A stretch of 46,420 nt of DNA, filler included, from Streblomastix strix (taxonomy: Eukaryota): NCBI GenBank assembly GCA_008636045.1. It is 2 parts of 2 records of this genome, joined end to end, with 100 filler letters (N's around TTAATTAATTAA, not from the genome) between each part and the next. Parts side by side here need not be neighbours in the genome. Positions count along the whole stretch, not along the records: positions 1 to 23,177 come from SNRW01000297.1; positions 23,278 to 46,420 come from SNRW01000298.1. One strand, given 5' to 3'. Below the pieces are notes generated by a model. That model worked only from the letters and a program-made list of their open reading frames with translations. It searched no databases and had not been told where the DNA came from. Shown one piece after another: positions 12,712 to 42,642 of the stretch; position 1 is the first letter of the stretch, and the number at the start of each line of letters is the position of its first letter. Position numbers and translations under genes: made by a program.

Positions 12712-15700
12712 TCAAGATGTGGATTATTAAGTTAGGTGTAACTTGTGATGATGCTTATGCTTGATCTTGCGAAGATGGTATGCATAATATCGGCGTCTGA
12801 TAAATTTTTCAAATTCTACACACAATACTATTATTATACCCAAGCTTACACAAACAAGCCAATCGAGAGCATTTAATCCATCTATCTATAAAATATCAGT
12901 GCTGAATGGTTTTAAATATGGTAAGGAAACTTGCACAGCCAAAAGAATTATAAGACCAATAAGTGCATATGGCCCCATATCTAAAAATACACGAAATGTA
13001 ATAGCAGAATCAAGGAGGTATACAGTACTCAAAAGATAAAAAGCTTCACTCAATACTACAGAACTAAATGCAATTCCTGAGTAGCGTTTGGTAATTGGAT
13101 CTATTTCATATTCCTCATGAATAACTGCTGAAGCATTCCTGCGACGTAACCTTTTCTTTCTGAATTTGTTACCAAAATGCAAGAATTAAAGTATTTGTTT
13201 TAATATACCAATTTTTTCTTCATCTTTTATTCCCTCTTATTCTTTATCTTCTCCTTCTCCATCTTCTTCATATTCTGCTACCCATGGAGGTGGAGGCACA
13301 TGCAAATAGAACCATAACACAACTGCAACTGCAATAATAACACCAACATACAGAGATCTGATTATAAGGACTATTGGCTCAGATGATGATGGCCTTGTTT
13401 TCATTCTTTCAGATGTTGGTTTTTATGAATTTTTTCGACTCTTTATTGATTTCTTTTATTTGTGTTTATGTTTTGATGTGCGATAACTTTTTACTCTAAG
13501 AGAAGTTGTAGGAGTTGACATTATAGATAATTGTGCTTTAGATTTAACTGATTATGTCTTTTAACTTACTTTCTCATTACTTTACGTCTGAGATTTAATT
13601 TCCTTTGCCTTCTAACTAACTTTTTTATTACTTTATTTCTCCTTCAATTTTGTTTTCTAATTTTTCTATTTCTATTTTAAGAGTTTCTTCTAAAATTCCC
13701 TCTTTGATTCATTTCTTCTATCCAATCTATCCTTCCTGATCAATGCTATAGTCTGTCTCTATCCATGAATACCCCATTTCCCAATTCCAATACTCCATTT
13801 ATTTCTTCCTTTAATTTCCCCTCCTTTTTCTTGCTTAATACAAAGACATTAGTCAGATGAACATCCACATCCACAAACACAATCAATTTTACTATTCACA
13901 CAAGGGCAGAAATTGTCATGTCTTGATATTTCTTGTATTCCTTAATGATGTTGGATTCCTTCAATGTCATTAATAATCTTTGCATCTGGAGTTGCAGCAG
14001 TTTTATGAAGTGGAATCATTGCTGCAAGTGCTAATGAAGAGAAAAGATTTACGAACAAAATTTGAAGAGCAGTAATTGGTGGAACATTGTCAAAGAAAGA
14101 TGCAATCAAAATGATTAATGTTTCAGCAACATTTGTTGGGAGTTCAAATAAAATGCATTTCTAAACAACTCTGTTTGTGAGAAATCCTTCAAACACTCCT
14201 CCCATTAATGCAGCAAAGTGACCACTATGGAGAAGCATACCACTGGCTTATCGAGCTGCTCCTGCTGTATGCACTGCAGCACTTTATTGACTAATATCTT
14301 TTTTATTAGTTAATTTCCCTAATCTTGCAATTCTACTCACAAACTCACTCATTGTGCTTCTCTTTGAGTCAGTTGTTACTATACTAGATATCTCTGAGCT
14401 ATCAAATACATCCTATACTTCTTATAGAACTAATTTCTCCTTTGCTAATTTAGTTTCACTGACAGCTGCATCTTTTGATACAGTGAATTTTCTTCCTCCT
14501 CTCAAAGTTGACCAGAAGTCAGCCATTGATATTCCAAGATGAGCTTATTTCAGAGCTGGACAGTCATGGATACTGTCTCCAGTCATTGCTACAATATGTC
14601 CTCTTGCCTGAAATGCTCGAATGATACGAAGTTTATCAGCTGGTGTGGCTCTGGCTACGATTTCAATTACACCTCTTTGAGGATGATTTTTAATTGATGA
14701 TAAAGTATTTGATGTTTAATTTCTTATTACTTAAGATTATCCCGTTTCCTCCATTTCAATTTCTTTCCCTTTCTCATTTCCATCATCTTAAATTCCATCA
14801 TAATCTAAAATATCCTCTAATTCTTCATCTTTCATCTTTCTCAACTGTTTTGATGTAAGAATTCCAATAAATTGATTTCTCTATTTATATTTACTTTTAT
14901 TTTCATCTTTTTTAGATTTTTATGTCGATTTCTTTTCCTATTTACCATTTAATGCTTCTTCTTTGCTTTTTGATTTTTGAACTGATTTTTATTTATCTTT
15001 CTTCTTCTTATTTTTCTTCTTATTTTTTTTCTCAAACTTTTCACTATAAACACTGGAACTTGGTATTGATGTTGTTGAATCAGAATCGCTCTCAATAAGA
15101 AGAAGATCTTTTTATCTTTGATCTGCAATATTCTATTTATTGCTGAACTTATTCCTTATCTATTTAATTCCTACATGCAGACCAATAACCTTTCCCAATG
15201 CAGCAGCAGCTCGTGTGTGGTCTCCAGTAATCATCAGCAATCTAATATGTGTTCTTCTACACTTTCTAATCATTCGAGCAACACCAGGTCTTGGAGGATC
15301 ACAAATACCAACTATTCCCAGAAGAGTGAAGGTTCTTTCTGGTTGGAAGTATCTGGTACTTTCAGATGAATATGAAGCTGATCTTGGAGAGAAAAATCCA
15401 GATGTTCCTTATTTATGAGGTGTTTATAAATATTAATAGCTGCTATAAATATTATTACCAGATAAATTGTAAAGTTATGATGAATCGGATGCCAAAGCAG
15501 CAGCATTAATATCAATTCCAAGTTATGGTTTTATTCTCTAGTTAATTTTCTTATTATTTGATAGATCTGCTAATTAGGGTAAAGATTTAAAATCCTACAA
15601 TGGGTGCAATCCCTATAACACTTATTCCTGGAAGATTGGAGGTGTATATTCAACTGGAGACACTTATTAAGGGTCTTCAAAAATTATTTGTTATAACATA

Positions 15701-18700
15701 GGGTGGTGTTCTTTTGGAGGATATATTGTTATTTAAGGTAGTGTCATAGAACTAAACTTAATCTGGGATCTGCTTTAAATTAAGGTTTTTATTTCTTTTT
15801 TAAGTTTGCTAAAAACAGCAGGTGATTGCATTTGTTAATATGACTTTTGAGAAGATTTCGTACTATTTATTGTATTTTGAGCAGAAAACATCTCCGTTAT
15901 ATACTAATCAGAAGCTGATTAAGTATCATTATTACTAATTTTCGGTGATTGTTTTTCAATTTTTGGTGAATATTTTGTATCTTTTTGTTATTTAGGTTGA
16001 GTTTTCAGATTAATCTTTTATTGTCTATCTAAAGGAAACAATTTTAAATTCTCCTATTCATCCAATTATATTTATAAATCAACTATTTCTTATTCTGATA
16101 ATTCACGTGGTTGTATTTATGAAGGAGGAGGAGGAGGAATATCGACTGATGCAACTATTGTCTTAACAGGATAATTTTGGATACTACTTTCCTTATTTTG
16201 TTCTTATTCTTGAATTTCTTATCCTAATTTAATTTCTGTTTGTGAAAATATTTATGATCTTGACATGAGTTATTATTACTATAATTATCTATTCTCATAT
16301 GGATTTCTCTATTTTCTAATAGCAAGAAATTGATTCAAGATCTTTTAAGAAGGAGAAGGTTTAATTCCTTATTCTCTCATAATTTATTGTTTAGATTTTG
16401 ATTTCTTTAAATTTTAAACTTAAGAAGAATGCGCATTATTAAAACCTACTTGAGAACTTGAATGAGTTCGATGAAGTGAACTCTGATCTTGAAATGACAC
16501 TTACTTTAATTTATTTGAGTCTGAAGAGTTTTGTATATGAAATGAATGTTGGTTCTGAGGAAGTAAAGATGTTGATTGTGATTGAGGATTCAATTATGAA
16601 GATGATGATGAAGCAGTCAAAGGTATTAATAGTTAAAGTCCAGGTAATGATGAAGTGGATTAAGAAGTTTAAGAGAATATTTAATCTATTTATGGGTATT
16701 GATATTGAGATTTTGATGAAGATGGTAATTAAGAATAAGGAGATATTTCCATTGAATATTAAGAATATAAATCTGGAGATAATCCAGGATATGTAGATGA
16801 TGATAATTATTAAATTTTTTATGATGGTATTTGTATTGAAAGTTAATTACCTTATTATGAGGTCGAATTATTAGTAGATAACTAATATTCTTATTATTTT
16901 TCTTCTTTTTCTTATTTTTATAAGTGATATTATACAATTTCATTTTTTATTTATTTTGCTATATCATCATTTTAATTATCATCATTATCCTAAATATGAT
17001 CTTGTTCAGGATTTGACTATTCTTACTAAACTTAAGATGAAGAAAGTGAAGATTTAGATGAAGAAAGTGAAGATTTAGATGAAGTCACCCTGAGCAATGA
17101 ATTAGAACTCGTCTGTTTTAATAATGATGAATAAGATTTTGTATCAGATTTCAGATGCTCTAATTTAGAACTTGACACTTTTTATAAATTCATCTTCACA
17201 ATCTATGACTGAGATCTGTGCATATGCAACTGTTGTTGTAATTTAACCTATTATTTATTTTGATGTTGTTCAATATCTGCAAAACAGAGTGGAGGATAAT
17301 CATCTAATATATTTTATCCATAGTAAGATTTCAATGATATATCTTTCTTCATCCTTGACCCTTTATTGAGTAAATAATTATCACTTTGCTCATCAAATTG
17401 TGATTCTGAATTCTTAGATATATTGCGATGCTATTATATTTATTATTCATTTAATTTATCTTCATTATCATACTACTCAATTCCTTCTTCATTTCCTTCT
17501 TAGTCAATCACCCTTTCAATTTATTTCATTTCCTATTTCATTCCTTCACATTATTTCAGAGCTTCTGTTTCTTCTATTAAATTCTCCCTTATTGACTCAA
17601 ATCTTCCTTCTGGTGCATATTTCTGTGCTAATGCGATAACTCTCAGTCCAGCTGCTTTCAATTTCTAGACTTCTTTGATCCAATGCTATTGATCAAACTT
17701 TTCTTCTGCAATAACTAAGCTTTTATGGTTTAAAGGTGAATCTTGACTAACTGGAGAGGAACTAACATAAGGTTTAATTTGTACAATCTAACTTGGAGAA
17801 TCTGAACTATGAGACAATTTCAATGAATCAACAGTCATCGGAGTTTGAGAAGATAAAGTTTATGGAGTTTCAGATGGTGTAAATTAATATTTTGGAGAAG
17901 TTTTAACATCATGTGTACCATTTTCATTGTACCACTCTTATATTTCATCTTCTTCTACAGCTATAGCTTGATACTTACATAATGCAAATACTCTCTCTGG
18001 TTCTCCTTTTAAGAATATAATATCTTTTGTTTTTGAATTTATACGCGAGGCTTTATTTCTCATATAGTTTTTGTTTTTATTAAATTCATTATTATTTCCA
18101 ATTTTGTCTGTTTTTTATTTGTTTTTATTACCAAGTTTAGATTTTCTTCTTTTTTATTTCTTTCTAATCTTCTTCATTGGGTATTTCTCACCTTAATCAT
18201 CCATATATACTTATCCAGTTTCTTACATCAATTCAGTTTCAATATGTCTCTTCTTATTCTATTATTCATTCTCATCATTGTCTTTTACATTCTTTTCTTC
18301 ATTTAATTCTTTATCGTTTTTTATTCTTCCTATAATATCATACACGCAGTTAGGACATCTATTTGCTGAGACCATGAATCCTTTTCTTTGGAAGAATATA
18401 TTTTAATCTAAAAATTAACTACTTTCTCTGGCTGAATTTTATTCTGGAATCAAATTACCTAATTTTCCAATTCTATTTTTCATTTTATTTTTTAATTCGT
18501 TTGAATTTTCAATATTCAATTATTCAATCATCATCGCTGATTTTGAGTTAATAACTTCGGATTTCGTACTGCGAGTTTCCGCATAATCAGGAGGCAGATC
18601 TAAATTATTATAATAATCTATAGTATTATGGTGGTGATTAAAAGTATTATGACCAATACTGTTATTGTTGTTGATATTATTATATTTTTCAATGTGATTA

Positions 18701-21700
18701 GATTCACTGATTTCATTTTTTTGTCGATCATTAGAAGATCCATTATTATATTCTTCCTTATATTTATCTTTCATCAAATCTTCTATTTCTATTTTATCAT
18801 CCTAAATACTTATTTATTCCTTTTCAATTTCATATTTACTCTGAACTCTCTACATTTAATCTTATTCCATATTAACATTCTAATCATTCCATTCTTCTTC
18901 ATGATCAAAATCAGCTGTAATCTCATCTTCATCAATTGCATTCAAAAATTCATTCATCACTTTTCTCATATCATTTTATGAAGCACTTTCAAAATCCTAT
19001 ATTACATCTTATGTAATTTCATTCTCAATTTCATCCATTTTCTACTCAAATTCATATTCTTCTAATTCTTCTTCCTCTTCTTCTCCTTCTTCAGCTACAA
19101 CTACACCCAATCTTGTGCATCTCTTCTATAAGAGAGGTACATTGATACCTGCTTTTAAAGCAAGAGGTAAAAAACTTCCATCAACTTCATCACCATCAAC
19201 TCCCCATCTGACTGTTTCTACTTGATCAACTTCACCAAATATCTTCTTTGCTAAATTTTACTCTTCTTCTTCTGTGATCTCATGTTTATTATCTGTTCGT
19301 TTGTGGACAAGCTTTGAGTCATTACAAAGAACTCCACATCTAAGTAGTGCATGAAGTATAAGTGCATCTTTTTCTCTTGAATATGATTCTTCTATTGTAT
19401 GTAATCCTGGAGTTATAGTGTTAATGAAGTGGTGATGTTCAATATCATAACTAGCTTTCTTATCATGACTATTTTGTTAAGAGAAAGGTGAGTGTTAGAA
19501 TGTGGATGCAACAACTTCTGGTGGTGAATGCCCTCTACTTAACACAAAACCCTTTGAATGATCACTAACTGACCCAATTTATGGTGTATTTCCTAATGCA
19601 CTAGAAATAACACGAGGTGTGTTTGTTCCACTGTTAGAACGAACATTTGGTGTTGTTCCTCGACTGAGTGAAATGATATGAGGTTTGTTAGTATGAATAT
19701 TATTCTCTGTTACTAATCCAGAGTTTACTTTAATTGTATTTGCAGATTACAATTACCTTTAAAAAGGCTGAGCTGGAGAATGCACATTTTATATATTACG
19801 AGAGATCTAATTCTATTGAGCAGAAGTTATTGTTGGTATTAGTTCTATTCTATAGTTGACACGACCTGGTGCATATTAACCAGCACCTTCATGCAAGGAT
19901 ATCTCATTACTTAAGATATGAGCTTCTGGTTTATGCAGTTCATATGGTTGTAATTCAAAGAAATTTGGAGTAAGAGCTCTAAATGGAGCACTATTAGAAG
20001 GACTGTGTTGAAGTGAATGCTCTGAATGTACAGATGCTATATCATGTTATATCCCTATTTGTGGTGAAGGTGAATGCATAATATTTTAGTTATTCAAAAC
20101 TGCAGAAGGAGATTTAGAGAGTTCTACTGAATTAATGCGTGTAAGAGTATGTGAAGCTGGAAGAAGCTTATGAAATAAGGAGGCTGCAACTTCTGGAGGA
20201 AGTGCACAACCAAACCAATCAGAATCATATTAAGGAAATGTCACTTCTGTTTTAGCTTAACTGAATGCTAATAGAGGAAGAATTAAATGTGAATCTTATG
20301 ATTATTATCTTTTTAATAGAATGCGCTTAAATTACTTGGATGACATCATTTATTCTTGCATCTATTTCAATTCCATTTCAGTTTATTCTTCATCCAACAT
20401 TTTAAGTGCTTAGAATCTGATAGAAGCAGCCATCTATTCTTCTTCTAAACGAGCCTGTATTAATTATTATATCTTATTTTAGTCCTATTTGTTCGCAGCA
20501 ATTGTTATAGTAGATTATTCTTAAGGATCTCGAGCTCCTCCTCTATCCTTAAGTGTTATTGGATCACCATCATCAGATTCATCTTATTCATTATTTATTT
20601 ATTCACTCTCACTTTATTATTCTTTATTCATTATACCCAATTGTGGATGTGGTTCTTTATCTGATTCTTCATTAGTAAGAAGCTGAACTGATTTGCTTTT
20701 TATATTTTTCTGTTGTTATTTTGAATTTCTAGAGTCTGCATTATGACTATTTTTATCTGATTTCTTTTTCCCCATAGAAAGAATGGCAATTTCTCCTTCA
20801 GTTGGATCAAATCCAGCTCCACCAACTTAGAATCTTTGTTGGGTTGTTACAACTCCTCGAACAGTCATCTCTCCTAAACAAATAAAATCAATTCATTATA
20901 ATTAACAGTTATATGAAATAATATTTAATAATTGTCTATAATAATCAAACCCATAGTTAATAATCCAGTTTTATCAGTGCATATTGTAGTCACATCTCCA
21001 GCAGCTTCAGCAGCAGCAAGAGTCCTGGCAATAGCTCCTCTCTTAGCCATCCTCCTCATTCCAAGAGCCAATGCAAATGCAACAGCTGCTGGTAACATCT
21101 CAGGTATTAAAGCGACTGCACATGATGATCCATATAACAAGGCTTCTTCCCAATTCTCTACTGAGCCATTCCTCATCCAAACTGTTACTGTGGATATAGC
21201 TGTGAGAATAATAGCAAAGACAGCAAGTACATTAGATACTAGTTTAATCTGAGTTGTTTATGGGGTTTATTCTTCCTTAACTTCATTCAATATTTATGTG
21301 ACTTTTCCAACTAAAAATTAAATTAAATTAAATTCTTACAATTATATTTCTAAAGAATAAAATACCTTCTGTGTATTTCCCAGTTTTAATTACAATTCCA
21401 ACACCAATTCCTTTAGTTACATTTTCTCCAGAGTAAATTAGATTAGTTCTTTCTCCTAATAAAGTCTCTTTTGGCAAAATATCTGTAGTTTTACTATGTG
21501 AAGTGAATTCTCCAGATATTATACTATTATCTGTGCGTAGTCCATTTACATAAAGCAGTCTACAATCAGCTGCAACTTTATCTCCTTATTAAACAAACAT
21601 TATATCTCCTACTACCACTTCTTTTGAATTAACATATATCTTTGATCCATCTCTGAATACAAATGCGCCCTCACTCGATACAATGTTCTCAATTTCTTAT

Positions 21701-22077
21701 GTTCCTTTATCTGTTGAATATTCAAATATAAATCCAATGATTGCACCTACTATGATCACTACAAAAATAGCAACTCCTTCAATCTAAATATTGCGTAAAT
21801 TATTTTTAAATACAAATATTAATCATACAAGTTCACCCAACACAAAGCAAATCACCATAACAACAGTGTGTATCAAAACAAGGACACTAAGAAATTGTTT
21901 AAGGAAAATTAGTATGAGTGATTAGTGCTTCTTTCTTGGGAGCTCGTTAGTTCCGATACGTTCAAGCCTCTTAGCAGCCTACTCACTACTAAGTCCCATA
22001 TCAATGTCAGTTCCCAAGCGACGGGCAACATCTATGACACTTTAATTGTGCCATCGAACATCCTTGAACTTTTCCAT
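12712..22077 (-). CDS. Giant divergent P2-type cation-transporting ATPase (~3,000 aa), subfamily uncertain
   Basis: ATG 22077 (MEKFKDVRWH...MGLSSEQAAKRLERIGTNEL). Motifs: VVGDI...GDKVAADCRL, SGEF, IPEMLP, ICTDKTGLLT, GVLCNDS, KGEPE, GLRVIALA, DPPRP, MITGDH, ARATPADK, AMTGDSIHDCPALK, M5-M10 segments, TGA 12714-12712. Three 5' introns, then one exon 20873-12712 that I read codon by codon without finding TGA. Confidence 0.9.
17035..17084. repeat. 21-bp tandem duplication inside the ATPase coding insert (Ser-rich)
   Basis: AGATGAAGAAAGTGAAGATTT x2 plus a partial third copy. Confidence 0.85.
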
Positions 22078-22389
22078 GTTAATTCGCTGTAATAAAAAAA
22101 TAATCATAATGAAATTGAGCGTAAGATAGCGAAATAAAATAAAATGAATTATAAAATATTAATAATAAAGTCAAAACAGAGAGAAAACAATAAAATATAA
22201 ATTTGGCTAATATTTTTTAATTCTGTTAATTATCCAAATATTCTTTTGAAATTTAAGTGTATAAAATAGAAACATTTATGTAAATGGATGATTTAATTAA
22301 GAAGAGTAATTTTATGGAGAATAAATCGATTTTTATGTTAATTTTCATATTTGGAGTTAAAGAAGTGTTTAAATGAATTAATTTCATAA

Positions 22390-22901
22390 AATTATGTTGT
22401 ATCTAGTCAATTTTGTGAATTACCATTAATATATTCCATAAATATACCTATATTGTCGAAATTACGTTTTATTTTATCAAATTAATGCTTTTTTTTGATG
22501 TATCAATATGTAATAGTAAAATGTTACCTTTTTAATATTGTCTTAGACCATATAATTTTTATAATCTTAATGCATCATTTAATTATTTTTATTTTTGATA
22601 CATATTTTAACCTTCTATCCGCTTATCGTTTTAAACTTTTATTGGACTATACTTATTTTAATATGCAATATGTGGAGTGTAATTATATGAATCAACAGTT
22701 TATTACATTAATTATTCATTAGCAAGTTCATAAATATTATTATCAAATACGTTTCTGATTGTTCTGATAACCATATCAATAACTCTATTATAATTAGTGA
22801 ATTTACTATCTGTGAAGAGTGTGTTTATATTATTTTCTTTATAGAAATCATTCAATAATTTTGATACATATTCTTTCTCACCATATCCTCTAATGTCTTC
22901 A
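22390..22901 (-). pseudogene. Degenerate retroviral-type (rve) integrase fragment, Polinton/Maverick-like
   Basis: EDIRGYGEKEYVSKLLNDFYKENNINTLFTDSKFTNYNRVIDMVIRTIR...QQTVDSYNYTPHIAYQNKYSP...GLRQYQKGNILLLHID, then a frameshift in an A-run (~22490) and FDKIKRNFDNIGIFMEYINGN. Matches the integrase core pattern (xD-x-G/E, helix 4, YN-x-T-x-H). The second catalytic Asp appears replaced by Tyr. Confidence 0.65.
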
Positions 22902-23166
22902 GTAGTTATGAGAATATGGAGAGTGCCCCACATAGAAAAATAAAATAAATAATGTTAAATAAAATAATGATTATAAAATAATGATAATAAATAATAATAA
23001 ATAATAATTATAATAAAATAATGTAATCCAGAATATTCATATGTGTTTGTTTATTGTTTGAAAATTATGAATATAATTATGAGAGTGATTAATGAAGTTG
23101 ATTAATGATGTTGATTAATGATGTTGATTTTTGAACGTATGGCACTCTCCATATTCTCATAACTAC
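22902..23166. mobile_element. 265-bp non-coding element with perfect 26-bp terminal inverted repeats (MITE-like)
   Basis: GTAGTTATGAGAATATGGAGAGTGCC (22902-22927) and its exact reverse complement (23141-23166). AT-rich interior with a 13-bp unit GATTAATGA(A/T)GTT x3 at 23087-23125. Confidence 0.7.
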
Positions 23167-23177
23167 ATGGTGAAGTT

Positions 23178-23277
23178 NNNNNNNNNNNNNNNNNNNNNNN
23201 NNNNNNNNNNNNNNNNNNNNNTTAATTAATTAANNNNNNNNNNNNNNNNNNNNNNNNNNNNNNNNNNNNNNNNNNNN
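23178..23277. other. Artificial assembly gap/linker (44 N + TTAATTAATTAA + 44 N)
   Basis: Exactly 100 nt with a central palindromic 12-mer giving TAA in all six frames, typical of contig-concatenation spacers. Confidence 0.95.
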
Positions 23278-23408
<131 letters not shown>

Positions 23409-24775
23409 TTATATTGAATATGGATTAATGAGGTCGAAAAGACGACTCATTAGCAGTTTATCGTATTATCTTTATTTGTTATTATTAGAATTGAATATTA
23501 ATTTAGTCTTTTATACATATCGCATTTTCGTCGCCAATTGCTATTTTTAACATTCAATTTTTAATTAATTATCAAAATCACAGAGATGAAATTTATTCTA
23601 ATAAACCTACGTATTTCAATTAAACCAGCTCTATCTTCCTATTTATTTTATTGCAATCCATTTATATTCTATTGCAATACTTTATTTTATTACATACTTT
23701 TAATAATTTTCCACAATAAGCACTTTCAGATTTTTAATTTAATTTTTTTTTATGTTTTTATTTTTCTCATTTCTCAATCAAATAATTTTTCTTATTTGAA
23801 TTTGTATGTTCATCAATAAATGGAACATATATACTTTATTTTTTTTATTAGTGAAATTTTTGTTTTTGATTTATTTAACTAAATTATGATTATTTCTATG
23901 AATTTTTTAGTTTAAAGGATCTAATTAAATCACACTCAGTATATATTAAGAATATAATTTGTATTTTATTTTATTAGTATACATGAATTATATATGAAGT
24001 CATTTAATTTATTTCTTAAATAAACTCGGCTCATTCGAAAAATAGAAATTAATAAAAGTACTATATATATATTTTTCTAAATACTATATTTTGAAATAAC
24101 TCTACGTGAAGTATTGTTCTTTGATTATTCATTTTGAATTAATTTTTAATAAATATTGAAAAAATAAAATTTGGATAAAATATTGAAAATTTCTATTTAA
24201 TGTCCAAGTCAAACAATTTTCATTAAAATATTTTAAAAATTATAAGAATTTAAGATATTTTTAAAAGTCGAAATAAAAAAATAGTTTTTCCTTCTTAGCT
24301 GGATAAATTTTAATTAAAAATATTCAAAATTAATTAGTAAAATTTAATGATATATGTTTTGAAAGAAAAAAAAAATGAAACGATATTAAATTGAATGAAT
24401 TATCTAAATTTGCTTTTCTATTTTCATGGTATTCCCATTTATCGTTCTTGATTCTAATTAAATTTAATTTTATTTAACTTAATTATTCCAAATTCAAGTA
24501 TCAAATATGTATTTCATTTCTTATCTAATAAAAATTTTCTTTTTTTCTTTTGATTTAATTTGTGGGCGTAATTAACTGAATTTACATATTTTATTCTTTT
24601 ATTTTTAAATAAATACGTGTTATAATGCAACTTATTATATATATAAATCTTCAAATACAATTTTTGAACATGTTTTTATTCGATTCAATTTTAATTTCCT
24701 TTGAACAATTTTTCTCTTCAATTTTCTATTATTTTGTTTGTATTTAAATATCATATTAAGTAAAATTCAATTAAT

Positions 24776-42313
<17,538 letters not shown>

Positions 42314-42642
42314 ATAATTGAATGAAGATTAAATGCAAGTGATTTATAAGTTAATATTATGATTAGTTATTCATTTTAAACAATAGTTCAAAGCATCATC
42401 TAAATGAATCTTTCTGACCATTTTAAAATAGAGTAATTTAACTAATTAATTTTTTTTACAAATCATTTTTATCTATTTATTTGTCTTTCAATTCTATATT
42501 TATATTATCATCTATTTTACTCACAATCTGAGAATCGTTTCATAATAAACTATATATGCAACCTATAATATATATTTTTTATTTAACTAAATTTAAGGAA
42601 TAAAATCAAAACAGTGGTTCATGCATTCTATCTTTATTATAT

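Noticed and set aside
23222..23233. Palindrome TTAATTAATTAA
   Set aside because: Synthetic spacer centred in Ns. Adjacency of the sequence on either side is therefore not evidence of real linkage.
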